Assembly (NCBI GenBank): GCA_964187785.1 | Contig: OZ076409.1 | Span: 80,850,001-80,914,000 of the forward strand | Direction: 5' to 3' | DNA: 64,000 nucleotides | From: Amphiscolops sp. MND2022 | Lineage: Eukaryota | In this document: positions 48,401-60,400 of the stretch, piece by piece | Layout: every line of letters starts with the position of its first letter | How positions within the stretch are numbered: position 1 is the stretch's first letter | The notes under the pieces: generated by a model | What the model saw: the letters and a program-made list of their open reading frames with translations, nothing else | Database searches by the model: none | Told to the model about the DNA's origin: nothing | Program-made: the position numbers and the translations under genes

Positions 48401-51400
48401 ACGGACCCTACGTAAATAAACCGCGAATGTTATGTAAATAGCCACCGGATGACTCGAAGATCATGAAACTTACCCAAGATGTTCACCTAGTAACCCTAAG
48501 TAATATACATGAAAGATACATCGATCGGACCACCACGCGCGGAGTAATGTTTGCTTAAGGCACGCGGGACCGGACGCGCGGGCCCGACAGATAAGTGACA
48601 TTTGACCTCGGCTTGTAATATGTCAAACGAACCGGAATAATAAGCGTAGTCGATTTATAACAAGAATGAGACCGTATTTGTAACCCATGCGGGGGTAACC
48701 GCCTTAAGTAAACAAACGATACGCATATCATGTAACTCGAAGACCTTTGATCCTAGGACGATATAACTTGGCATGTAGCAACTTTGGAAGAGGGCAATTA
48801 ACTTCAAGGTCACCGATAGATCTCAAGGTCATTCTGGATTCAACCCATGAACATATAGAGAAACTAACGATAAAACATGTAAATCAGCGCCGTTAAGTGA
48901 TAATTTATGCATTTCAGCCAGGCGGAACGATTCGCGAGGTATCGAACTCAGAATGACGGAAAAGTACCCCTTACGTGTAGAGAACATGTAAACCATGTAA
49001 CTGAAGGTCATTGAACGATTGGCTCGATGCTAGAAATATCTTGGTTGACTTGAATTATTATTGATATGTGAACTTTGTACAACCTTTATTGAACTATTTG
49101 TCGTTGGCGGCGAAGTATGTCTGACCGAAATATAACTAGGGCGCCGCCGTGCCATAAAAGGAATGGAACTACATGAAGTTAAAAGCATGCAAATAAAAGA
49201 GCGACATCGGTACAACAAAAATGCGGGCGATGAACAAATATAATTGAGGCGGAATTGGAATATACTTGAATAGACAGAACCGAGTTAGAAAGCTGGAGAG
49301 AAAGTTGAGTCTCGAGGAGACAAGATACTTGTTCAGATTAACACTCGCGCTTCTCGACGAGCGAGTAAGAGGACTAGAAGAAGGTTGAGTCTTGCGGAGA
49401 CAAGAGACCCTTCTAGAAGAGTACTTTGTCGCTAGCCGAATAGATCCGCTGACAAATCCGGGACTTGTGATAGACCTGTAGTTGGCTGAATCCGAGATTG
49501 TTCTTTTGATTGATGGATATTAGTTAGTTTGACTGATTTGAATTAATTAGTGTTATTTTTGCGATACAGAAGTAATTGTAATATTCCATTACTTGAAAAT
49601 TTTGGACAGACGCGAGCCGATAGAGCAAATCTGGAGAGAGAAATTGACAGTAACAACAAAAGAATCGGCTAACTCACTAAAACAACCTTTTTGTCTGTTA
49701 AGCTTCCAATTGGAGGTAAAACTCTCTCCAAGCCCCGAATTGGATTTTCTTACAGTGGCGCTCCTGGGTGGGCTACCCTTTCTTTTTGATGTTACTGTGG
49801 ACGTTTGTAGACTCTGTTGAAGAGATCAGTGGATTTTACAAAGTTATCGTGCTGAGAGATGGAGACTGAGGTAAGAGGTCTTGCGAGAGACCAAGTGGAC
49901 GTCGGAGAGTTCCCGAGTAGCAATTCCCCCAGCTGGAGAGGGTGGCTGCTGAAGTTCTCGAGCACGGCCGTGCAGTTAAATTGGGACTACGAAACGTGTT
50001 GTCAGATGATGTCGGAATCTCTCAGGGGAGCTGTGTTCAATGCATTTTTGGAAGCCAAGCTCTTTGTTGAAGTAGAACTGGAGGGACCTAGTGTTTCGGA
50101 TCTTCTCAGCCGAACTGTGCAAGTGATTGGAGTTTCCCAGATTGAACTTATTGAGGAACGTTTGCTTCTGGAGCTTCGACAGAGGAAAGGAGAAAATATC
50201 TCAGACTATGCACGAAGGGTAGGCGAATTCAAGACGCTTGCTCTGAAAACATTCAGTGATGAGCACTGGGCCTCCAGTTGTTTGTCAGGCTTGAACGACG
50301 AGTGCCTCCGAGATGTTGTGAAAGATCATGCGAAAGTTACCCTGATTGTTCGAGAGTTGGAACGCCAAGATTGCTTGGAACAGCAGCTTAATGGGTTGTG
50401 GGCCAAAATGCATCGAGTTAGACGTCGTCACGCTGAGCCACAGGCTCAAGCAGAAAGGATGCCGACCGACAAAGAAAACTTTAGTGTTGCCCAAAGTAGC
50501 GGAAGTCTCCAGAAAGTTACGATCTTGTCGAAGGAGAAGCAGACGAGAAGCGTCGCTGACGTGGACAGTTCTAATGCTGCCCAACGTAAGAACGAAGAAA
50601 CGAAATCAGAAAGCATTGCGCACACAAACTCTGCACGCGTGACGAGGTCAACATCAGCGTGGAAAGCGTCATACTGGGGAGAGGACGACAACGATGACGA
50701 TTGTGATGATCTCGTTGAAGACCACGAAGGTACTGCGCACAAGCAGCATCAACGTACCGAATTGTGGAGTTATTCCAGTGACGAAGAGTGGTCAGACGAG
50801 GAGGACGATGAGCTCTGGAGCGAGTTAGATGGTGACGATCACCCTGATTGTCCGTACGAGCTGGTGACACTGGAAGAGGCTCTTAGACATTTTGACAAAA
50901 GCAAGAAAGCTAGACTTGCCAGCGGAAACCATGCGAGCCTCACAGCACCAGAAAAAGGTTACCAGTTGGTGCCAAACCCAGAAACTTTGATGTGGGACAA
51001 TGAACCTGCCGGGCGTTCATCAGTGTACGAAGTTAGATCTGGAGAAGCAATTGTTCAACGCGTTTGGTTTAAGTATGATGTGGCGACGAACGTTCAGATG
51101 AATCACATCAATCGGCCAGAACGTGGCTTGATTGAAATCGCAGTGGTTCGACTGATCAACAAAGCAGTAGCCGTAGATTTTGAACAAATGAGTGCGGAGA
51201 GAACGACGCTGTCCAGTGAAAGATGTTCTTTCACATTGGAAGCACGAATGGAGCTCTCGCAAAGAACTGATGAAACGTGGGAAGTCGAAAGTGGGCACTG
51301 CACCACCCAAGCAGTGGAATGTAACTTCAAAGCCATGGAAGAGCTAGCTGATATAAAACTGGAATGCGTGAAGCAAGGCAATCTGGACTGCATGTGTGCA

Positions 51401-54400
51401 CCAAAGACTGAAGCGGAAACGCCGTGGCACAGCATTCAGACCTGGATTGTTGAAGCTGAACCGCAATGGAACCCGAGACCCAGTACTGAAGTTGCGAGGA
51501 CAGCATATCAGCGGGTGCCAGACCGCAACGCTGGTATCAAGCTGACGGAAGCAAGCTCTGCGAGACGCAAAAAAAATGTTTGGACTTCATTTCTGTGGTT
51601 CATGACTGCCTTGTGGGTGCAAGTAAACGTATTGTCTGACTGTGGAAAGTCTTTGCCTGTGAAAATTTTACCCAGATGTCCCAATGGATGGGATAATGCG
51701 CTCTGGCCTCCGTATGTTAATTGGGGTCGAGCTGCGTCACTGTTGTGTTAAGGAAGACTGGGTGCAGCACAGGCAATGTCTTTCCCCCGTATGCCGCTGG
51801 GAAGCCACGAAATGGAGAGAAGGCAAGGTGTCTCACAGCTTTGAACAGAGCGATCGAAGTTGGATCCGGCACAAACGCAATCCTGGAGCTGAGCTGATGC
51901 GGTTGAACTCTGATAGTGGAGACGCGAAAACGAGTGTCCCCATTGTTGATATGGAGAACAACCACACAGAAGTGAATGAGAAGCTGGCTGAAGTCTCTCG
52001 AGTCAATCCACGTGGACAAATTCTAGAAGGGAAGCCTCTCAGCACGCCCTCCCGAATGATGCTCCTAAAACTCTCTAGGATTTGTCTGACGCACCCATGC
52101 CACGAGACTGAGGTGACATCGGTGAGTGAGCCCCGAGAAACTAGTGGGAAACCACTGGGTGACCATGCGAGAGGAAGTCAACTTAGTTCATTGAACTCAT
52201 CGAAGAGCGTAACTATGAGAGACGAGCACAGGACTGCGAGGAAAGTCTACGACAGAGGAAAAATGAAACTGAGTGGTGGCGACACAGGCCAAGTGATGCG
52301 CAAGACGATGTTAACCCCAGAAGGGAAGTGGTTCTGCCACCCGCCAGCCCCAAGCGAACCCCAGAAGAGGCCTGTTCCAAGATGTGGCAGTGACAGTGGG
52401 CAATGCGAGGCTGGTGTGGAACAAAAACGAAATGTGGCTGTGCCCAGCGCTGATTCTTGCAGCTGAATCAGTCACAGGAAGCACGGAATGTGTAAAGCGG
52501 AGGAACATGCAGCGCAAATACTCGACGAGAAGATGACCTATCGGGTGACGACAAGGTATCATGATGCCTTCCCAAAAGACTGTGAGATGTCAAATGAGAA
52601 CTGGTGACAAAAGATTAGTCATACAAACATCAACTTCTAACTTTTGAACTACTTTTTTTTCTTGCATCTATGTGACCAAACTAGCTGAATTTCGGCATGG
52701 CGTAGCATTTGTGTTTTTGGAGGGACGATGTTACAGTATTGAAGATTTAAGGTCTTTTTTGTTTCTATTGCTGCCCAGTAATAAGTAGAAAATACATGCA
52801 GAAGTTCGGGAATGGTCTTGGTCTTTATTCGTTTCGAGACCCCGGCCCATCCAATTGTTTTTTTATATACTTGTTGAAATTATGCTGTTAAATTGGGTTA
52901 TCCCAAACCGCCGACCCTAACCATTTTTCTAGTACTGTGTCCACGGGCAACCTACATCCTCTTTCTCATAACTCTCACCCCAGTGCTAAACCTGTCTTTT
53001 CCTTGTAAGCCCGTAAAAACCCCCCGCCTGTTTAACCCACATCGCTATATTTTGTAAACCTAAACTAGACGCACTGCTTGGTTGCCCACAAACATTAACT
53101 TGAAGATTTGTTTTTAATGAGACTTCGGTGCTTTTCTGATTATATGTTTAAATTGCTTATTTCATCGTCTTCTTCAATGTCGATAGTATACTAGTTGATG
53201 GTTATTGTAGATAGTTTGAACCATCGGAGCTATTGATGTTTGACTACCTTATCTCCACCCTATATCCATACTGTATTGTTTATGTTTAACCCAGATCCCA
53301 CGGTTCAGCCAGCGATAACGATGTTAAGTTTATTCGGGAGAATAAAAATCCAGAAGGGAAGAGTGTGGAAATTTTAGTTTTTGGCGTGCACAAAAATTTT
53401 CAAGTACATACGACAGGCAGAACTATGTTAATCATGTTTTTAGACCGCCGGAATAGTGAAAACAGCTGAAGAGGCTGACAATAGCGCGTTTTATTACAAC
53501 TCATTTGGCAAACCTGATGTTTACTTAGTAAACGAAAGTTCTTAGGTAGAATTAACAAGTTAGCGAGTGACGTCGTCGATGTAATTGTTCGAATTGTCTA
53601 AGTCAGAGTTGATCTCTGAGAGCGAATTTCACTAAGTCCCACTTTTGAGCGAAATTATCCTAAGATACAACAATGGAAATCGTCACATTGCAAATCTTTA
53701 ACCCCCCCAAACGGTTTCTCTCAAAGACTATTAATCGTAGGGACTTGAAATTTGGCACACGTAGACCTGAAATGTTGTGCTACTCGCCTATAAAAACGGA
53801 ACCGAGCCGAGACCCCCCAGTCCCGGGCTATTAGCACCGGAAGTGACCTAGGTCGACCCCCCTTCGAACTCGTCGGCCAAGCCGGGAATAAGTCATATAA
53901 CAAATGGAACCGATAGCCCATATGATATTAAGCCCTTTGCGTATATTTTTGGAACCCTACGACGCGTGTAGGAGGAGCACGGACCCTACGTAAAAAAACC
54001 GCGAATGTTATGTAAATAGCCACCGGATGACCCGAAGATCATGAAACTTACCCAAGATGTTCACCTAGTAACCCTAAGTAATATACATGAAAGATAAATC
54101 GATCGGACCACCACGCGCGGGGTAATGTTTGTTTAAGGCACGCGGGACCGGACGCGCGGGCCCGACAGATAAGTGACATTTGACCTCGGCTTGTAATATG
54201 TCAAACGAACCGGAATAATAAGCGTAGTCGATTTATAACAAGAATGAGACCGTATTTGTAACCCATGCGGGGGTAACCGCCTTAAGTAAACAAACGATAC
54301 GCATATCATGTAACTCGAAGACCATTGACCCTAGGAGGATATAACTTGGCATGTAGCAACTTTGGAAGAGGGCAATTAACTTCAAGGTCACCGATAGATC

Positions 54401-57400
54401 TCAAGGTCATTCTGGATTCAACCCATGAACATATAGAGAAACTAACGATAAAACATGTAAATCAGCGCCGTTAAGTGATAATTTATGCATTTCAGCCAGG
54501 CGGAACGATTCGCGAGGTATCGAACTCAGAATGACGGAAAAGTACCCCTTACGTGTAGAGAACATGTAAACCATGTAACTGAAGGTCATTGAACGATTGG
54601 CTCGATGCTAGAAATATCTTGGTTGACTTGAATTATTATTGATATGTGAACTTTGTACAACCTTTATTGAACTATTTGTCGTTGGCGGCGAAGTATGTCT
54701 GGCCGAAATATAACTAGGGCGCCGCCGTGCCATAAAAGGAATGGAACTACATGAAGTTAAAAGCATGCAAATAAAAGAGCGACATCGGTACAACAAAAAA
54801 GCGGGCGATGAACAAATATAATTGAGGCGGAATTGGAATATACTTGAATAGACAGAACCGAGTTAGAAAGCTGGAGAGAAAGTTGAGTCTCGAGGAGACA
54901 AGATACTTGTTCAGATTAACGCTCGCGCTTCTCGACGAGCGAGTAAGAGGACTAGAAGAAGGTTGAGTCTTGCGGAGACAAGAGACCCTTCTAGAAGAAT
55001 ACTTTGTCGCTAGCCGAATAGATCCGCTGACAAGTCCGGGACTTGTGATAGACCTGTAGTTGGCTGAATCCGAGATTGTTCCTTTGATTGATGGATATTA
55101 GTTAGTTTGACTGATTTGAATTAATTAGTGTTATTTTTGCGATACAGAAGTAATTGTATTATTCCATTACTTGAAGTTTTTGGACAGACGCGAGCCGATA
55201 GAGCAAATCTGAAGAGAGAAATTGACAGTAACAACAAAAGAATCGGCTAACTCACTAAAACAACCTTTTTGTCTGTTAAGCTTCCAATTGGAGGTAAAAC
55301 TCTCTCCAAGCCCCGAATTGGATTTTCTTACATGGCCATGCAACTCATAGTGTTCTTCGCTGTCAAACAGTGGATACAGAACGTAGTCGAACTCGGTGTC
55401 CCGTTAGTCGTCCTTCATCCACTTTTTGAATCACTAGCATGAGAGCAGTTCACAAAACCTCGAAACAAGTCTTCCTCTTTTCTTTCAATCTCTTATCCAC
55501 GTACAAGTCTGGCATTAGTAATTAAATCTTTGTTCTACTTGCTGAAAGGTCTTTAAGAACAAATTCAAGCAAAAATCGAGATACAGTGAATGTATTTGAA
55601 TGAAACATATATAACCTGTATGAAACGAGGGTTACATTGTGTAAAGGATACCTTCATATATTGTAACCCTCTTTTGTATAAAATATAATCATTGTTCTCA
55701 AGTTTATATTGTATATTATAAAATTAATAAATCCGCGAAAATAAAATTTTCACAGGTTGATAATGAGCCAAGTTCAAAAGTTCTTGAGGAAGCGCCAGAA
55801 GCGGGAGTACAAGAAGAAAATGGAGAAGCAACAAAAGCACCAGGAGCAGAATGATGACGTCAAAATGACATCATCGTCTACTGAGATCATGATGGAATCG
55901 CAGGGAGACGCAGAAGCAGAAGAAGAGGAAGAAGACAGTGAAGAAGAGAGAAAGGCCAAGAGGACCAGATGGGAACACGACTACTACTTGACTCCCAACT
56001 CCGGATTATTCGAAGACTACATGGAGCTGAGTTAGCTACACTTTTCTCTCATCTAAAACTTGTAGCTATGCATGTCAACACTTGAAAGTAGTGCTAACTG
56101 GAGTTAGAGCTTACGCCTTATTGCAAAAAGCTTATCAGTAGATTATGGAACCCCAAAAGCCGAAAATGTTTTTCAGGAGAATCTTGTAACTGTGAATCAT
56201 TAAAGTCAAGCAAAATGTCGGTCAGAATGGCGAAATTTCAGTGAAATTGTCGGCGAACCAGAGTTACTCTATTTTAAAAATTGTTGAAAAAATAGGTATG
56301 GTTATAGTTAAGAACCATATGGTTATAAAGTCATTTGGTTGAATGTTTATGAGCTTTTTAGCAATAGATGCTCTGATGACGTTAAGGTTTAACTATTGAT
56401 TATTTTCATCTACCCAGGTTGACCCTCGATGGATATCTTAGTAAGATCTTGGAACAATCTTGGCTAAGATCTTCTCAAGATCTTGCCATTGTTATTTTCC
56501 GCCCATATTTCATATGGGAAAGGAAAATATTTGAATCGAACGAGTTTTTTTTTCAAAAGTTGCCAAGAATTTATTTATATCAAAGCTAAAGGGTTTCACC
56601 CATAGAGTTCAGCTGATGTAAAATTAGCATCATGCGGTATGTATTTGTGGAGATTTTTGGACTTTTTTGGTTGACCCCGAAGACCCCAGAATGAACCCAA
56701 AATAACTCAAAAACGACCCCAAAAAAAGAAAATTTGCATTTTTTAACGTTTTAATGCAATTTTTGTCGAGTTTCCGATAAATGTCGTGGATTAGAATGTT
56801 GAAAAGATTCACAAAGACAAGAAATTGTTGTCCAGTAGTCGTTTATGAAGAGATAAATGCGGTGTTTTGAAAGAAAAAGACCCAAAAATGACAAAGAAAA
56901 CCAAAAATTTCCAGATTTTTAACGTTTTTAAGCAATTTTTGTCAAATTTTCGATAGAATTCGTGGACTAGAATGTTGAAAACGATCAACATGGTACAAGT
57001 TTGTTGTCCAGTAGGCGTTTCCGAAAAGAAAATGGCTGTTTTTTATTTGAAAAAAGGCCCAAATTGACACCGAAAATGACAAAAGTCCCTAAATTTTCCA
57101 TTTTTCAAAGTTTCTACGCATTTTTCGTCAAATTTTGGAGACTTCGTGAATTGGAATATTTTAAGGGGTCAACAAGGAAAACGTTGGTTGTCCAGTAACC
57201 ATTTTGAGGAGTTTATTGCATTTTTCTAAATGAAAATGTCTCAAATTGACACCGAAATTGACAAAAAACACAAAATTTTCCAATTTTCAAAGTAAAGTTT
57301 TATGCATTTTTTGTTAAAGTTTCACAGACTTCGTGGATTGGAATGTTTTAAAGGGTCAACAATGAAAAAATTGGTACGTCCCGTAGTCTTTAATGAAGAC

Positions 57401-60400
57401 ATAATTGCAATGTTCTGATTGAAAATGTCTCAAATTGACACCGAAAATGACAAAAATCCCGAAAGTTTCCAATTTTCAAAGATTTCATGCATTTTTTCCA
57501 GAATTTTGACAGACTTCGTCAATTGGAACGCTGAAAAGGGTCAACAAGGAAAATAGGTGTTGTCCAGTCAGCTTAGAAAAGAGATAAATGCAGTGTTTCA
57601 ATAGGAAATTGTCCGGAATCGACATCGAAAAAGACAAAGTTTCGAAAAATTATCAAATTCCTTTTTTTCACTTTTTGTCAAAATATCGATAGACTTCGTG
57701 GACTACAGTGTTTAAACGCTCAAGGCGTGGGCAAACTTGTTGTTTCGGTGAGCTTTCGTTACGAGATAAGTTCAATTCGTAACAGAAAAGGGCCTCAAAT
57801 TGACCTGAGATGTCAAAATTTCGAAGTTTTTGTCGTTTTTGATGCCATTTCTGCAGATTTTTCGAAAGATTTTGTTCTAAGTTCCGCAATCCACTCAACA
57901 ACGAAAAAATGAGCTTTGCAAAATTTTCTTGAAGAGAACATTACAGTGTTTTGTTTCACAAACACTTCAGAATGACTCCAAAGGAGTCGAAAATTTTCAA
58001 CTCTGTTTTTGTGCAACTTGTGTACTTTTTGAATCGTTTTGGTCAGAATGTCAACAAACGTTCAACGAAGACTGAACTCATATTCAATTAGGCTTTCAGA
58101 GGAATATTTGCAGATTTCGGTTGGAAAATGGCTGAAAAGTGACCGTAAAAAGTCGAAAGCTTGAAAATTTTTGTCGATTTCTGACATTTTCAGTGAACTT
58201 TTATTTGAGATTGGAAAAGTTTGGTAAACTAAAAGGTTCAAAAAGCTCGCGTTGATAAAACTAGGATAAAACTAGGAATTCGTGGACTAGAATGTTGAAA
58301 ACGATCAACATGGTACAAGTTTGTTGTCCAGTAGGCGTTTCCGAAGAGAAAATGGCTGTTTTTTATTTGAAAAAAGGCCCAAATTGACACCGAAAATGAC
58401 AAAAGTCCCTAAATTTTCCATTTTTCAAAGTTTCTACGCATTTTTCGTCAAATTTTGGAGACTTCGTGGATTGGAATGTTTTAAGGGGTCAACAAGGAAA
58501 ACGTTGGTTGTCCAGTAACCATTTTGAGGAGTTTATTGCTTTTTTCTAAATGAAAATGTCTCAAATTGACACCGAAATTGACAAAAAACACAAAATTTTC
58601 CAATTTTCAAAGTAAAGTTTTATGCATTTTTCGTTGAAGTTTCACAGACTTCGTGGATTGGAACGTTTTAAAGGGTCAACAATGAAAAAATTGGTACGTC
58701 CCGTAGTCTTTAATGAAGAGATAATTGCAATGTTCTGATTGAAAATGTCTCAAATTGACACCGAAAATGACAAAAATCCCGAAAGTTTCCAATTTTCAAA
58801 AATTTCATGCATTTTTTCCAAAATTTTGACAGACTTCGTCAATTGGAACGCTGAAAAGGGTCAACAAGGAAAATAAGTGTTGTCCAGTATGCTTAGAAAA
58901 GAGATAAATGCAGTGTTTCAATAGGAAATTGTCCGGAATCGACATCGAAAAAGACAAAGTTTCGAAAAATTATCAAATTCCTTTTTTTTCACTTTTTGTC
59001 AAAATATCGATAGACTTCGTGGACTACAGTGTTTAAACGCTCAAGGCGTGGGCAAACTTGTTGTTTCGGTGAGCTTTCGTTACGAGATAAGTTCAATTCG
59101 TAACAGAAAAGGGTCTCAAATTGACCTGAGATGTCAAAATTTCGAAGTTTTTGTCGTTTTTGATGCAATTTCTGTAGATTTTTCGAAAGATTTTGTTCTA
59201 AGTTCCGCAATCCACTCAACAACGAAAAAAATGAGCTTTGCAATATTTTCTTGAAGAGAACATTACAGTGTTTTGCTTCACGAACACTTCAGAATGACTC
59301 CAAAGGAGTCGAAAATTTTCAACTCTGTTTTTGTGCAACTTGTGTACTTTTTGAATCGTTTTGGTCAGAATGTCAACAAACGTTCAACGAAGACTGAACT
59401 CATATTCAATTAGGCTTTCAGGGGAATATTTGCAGATTTCGGTTGGAAAATGGCTGAAAAGTGACCGTAAAAAGTCGAAAGCTTGAAAATTTTTGTCGAT
59501 TTCTGACATTTTCAGTGAACTTTTATTTGAGATTGGAAAAATGTGGTAAACTAAAAGGTTCAAAAAGCTCGCGTTGATAAAACTAGGTCCGGAACACGGT
59601 TTTAAAGAATGCCTAATTTCTGGTCGGAAGATTCTGTAAAAAGACACAATTATTGGAGAAATTGAAACTTTTCAAGTTTTTTCCAAGTTTTCAAGCAGTT
59701 TTTTTTCGATTTTTTGACCTACTTCCTTGCATAAAATGGTTTTAAACACTCAACACTAACTCATCCGGGTATCTCTAGTAGGCAATTTTCAAGAGATAAC
59801 TGCATGTTTTGTTGGAATTGGTCTCAAAAACACCCAAAAATCCATGAAACAACAAAAAAGCACGTTGTTTGACAAACTAATCCAATTTTTTGTTCAAGCC
59901 ACGAAAGTTTTTAAGGAAGAGAAATTCCAATGACCTCAGCGTTTAAACAATAAGGTATTCAAAACGCAATTGTGGGAAAAAGAGGCATGAAGTTCATCGA
60001 GTTTACAGCAAAGAGGTCAAAGTTTCCGAACTTTCTATATTTTCGACAACATAGTCCCAATTTTGGACACTTTCCTAAAATTTACTTCAATCAGAAGTAT
60101 CATAGGCTCATGATTGAAACGTCTAGCTACCGGTAGTGTTCCGAAAAGATATCAGATAAGTTTATTCGCACAACTTTCCAATGCTTTACTTGAAAACGTA
60201 AACTTCAACCTCATTTGTCCAATATTTGTCATTCAGAAACCTCCGAGCAATTTCACTAGAAATGGAGTACATCTTCCTAAGAAAGATGTTTCGAGCTACT
60301 CGTGGATTAGAATGGTGTAAACATTCAACAACAGCTAAACTCGGTGTCCAGAAGGCTTGTTTTTGAAGAGACATCTGTAAATTCATGTTCGAAAAGTTCC

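Larger units (their letters stand above)
47772..55332 (+). mobile_element. Non-autonomous (pol-less) LTR retrotransposon with about 2-kb LTRs
   Basis: Near-identical LTRs at 47772-49754 and 53364-55332 (TGTGG...TTACA; the second lacks 14 bp near its start). PBS-like TGGCGCTCC follows LTR1 and purine tract AGAAGGGAAGAG precedes LTR2. The 3.6-kb interior shows no RT, RNase H or integrase motifs. Confidence 0.93.

Noticed and set aside
48143..49218. Short ORFs duplicated at 53721-54796
   Set aside because: They recur only because they lie in the two LTRs; no coding evidence.
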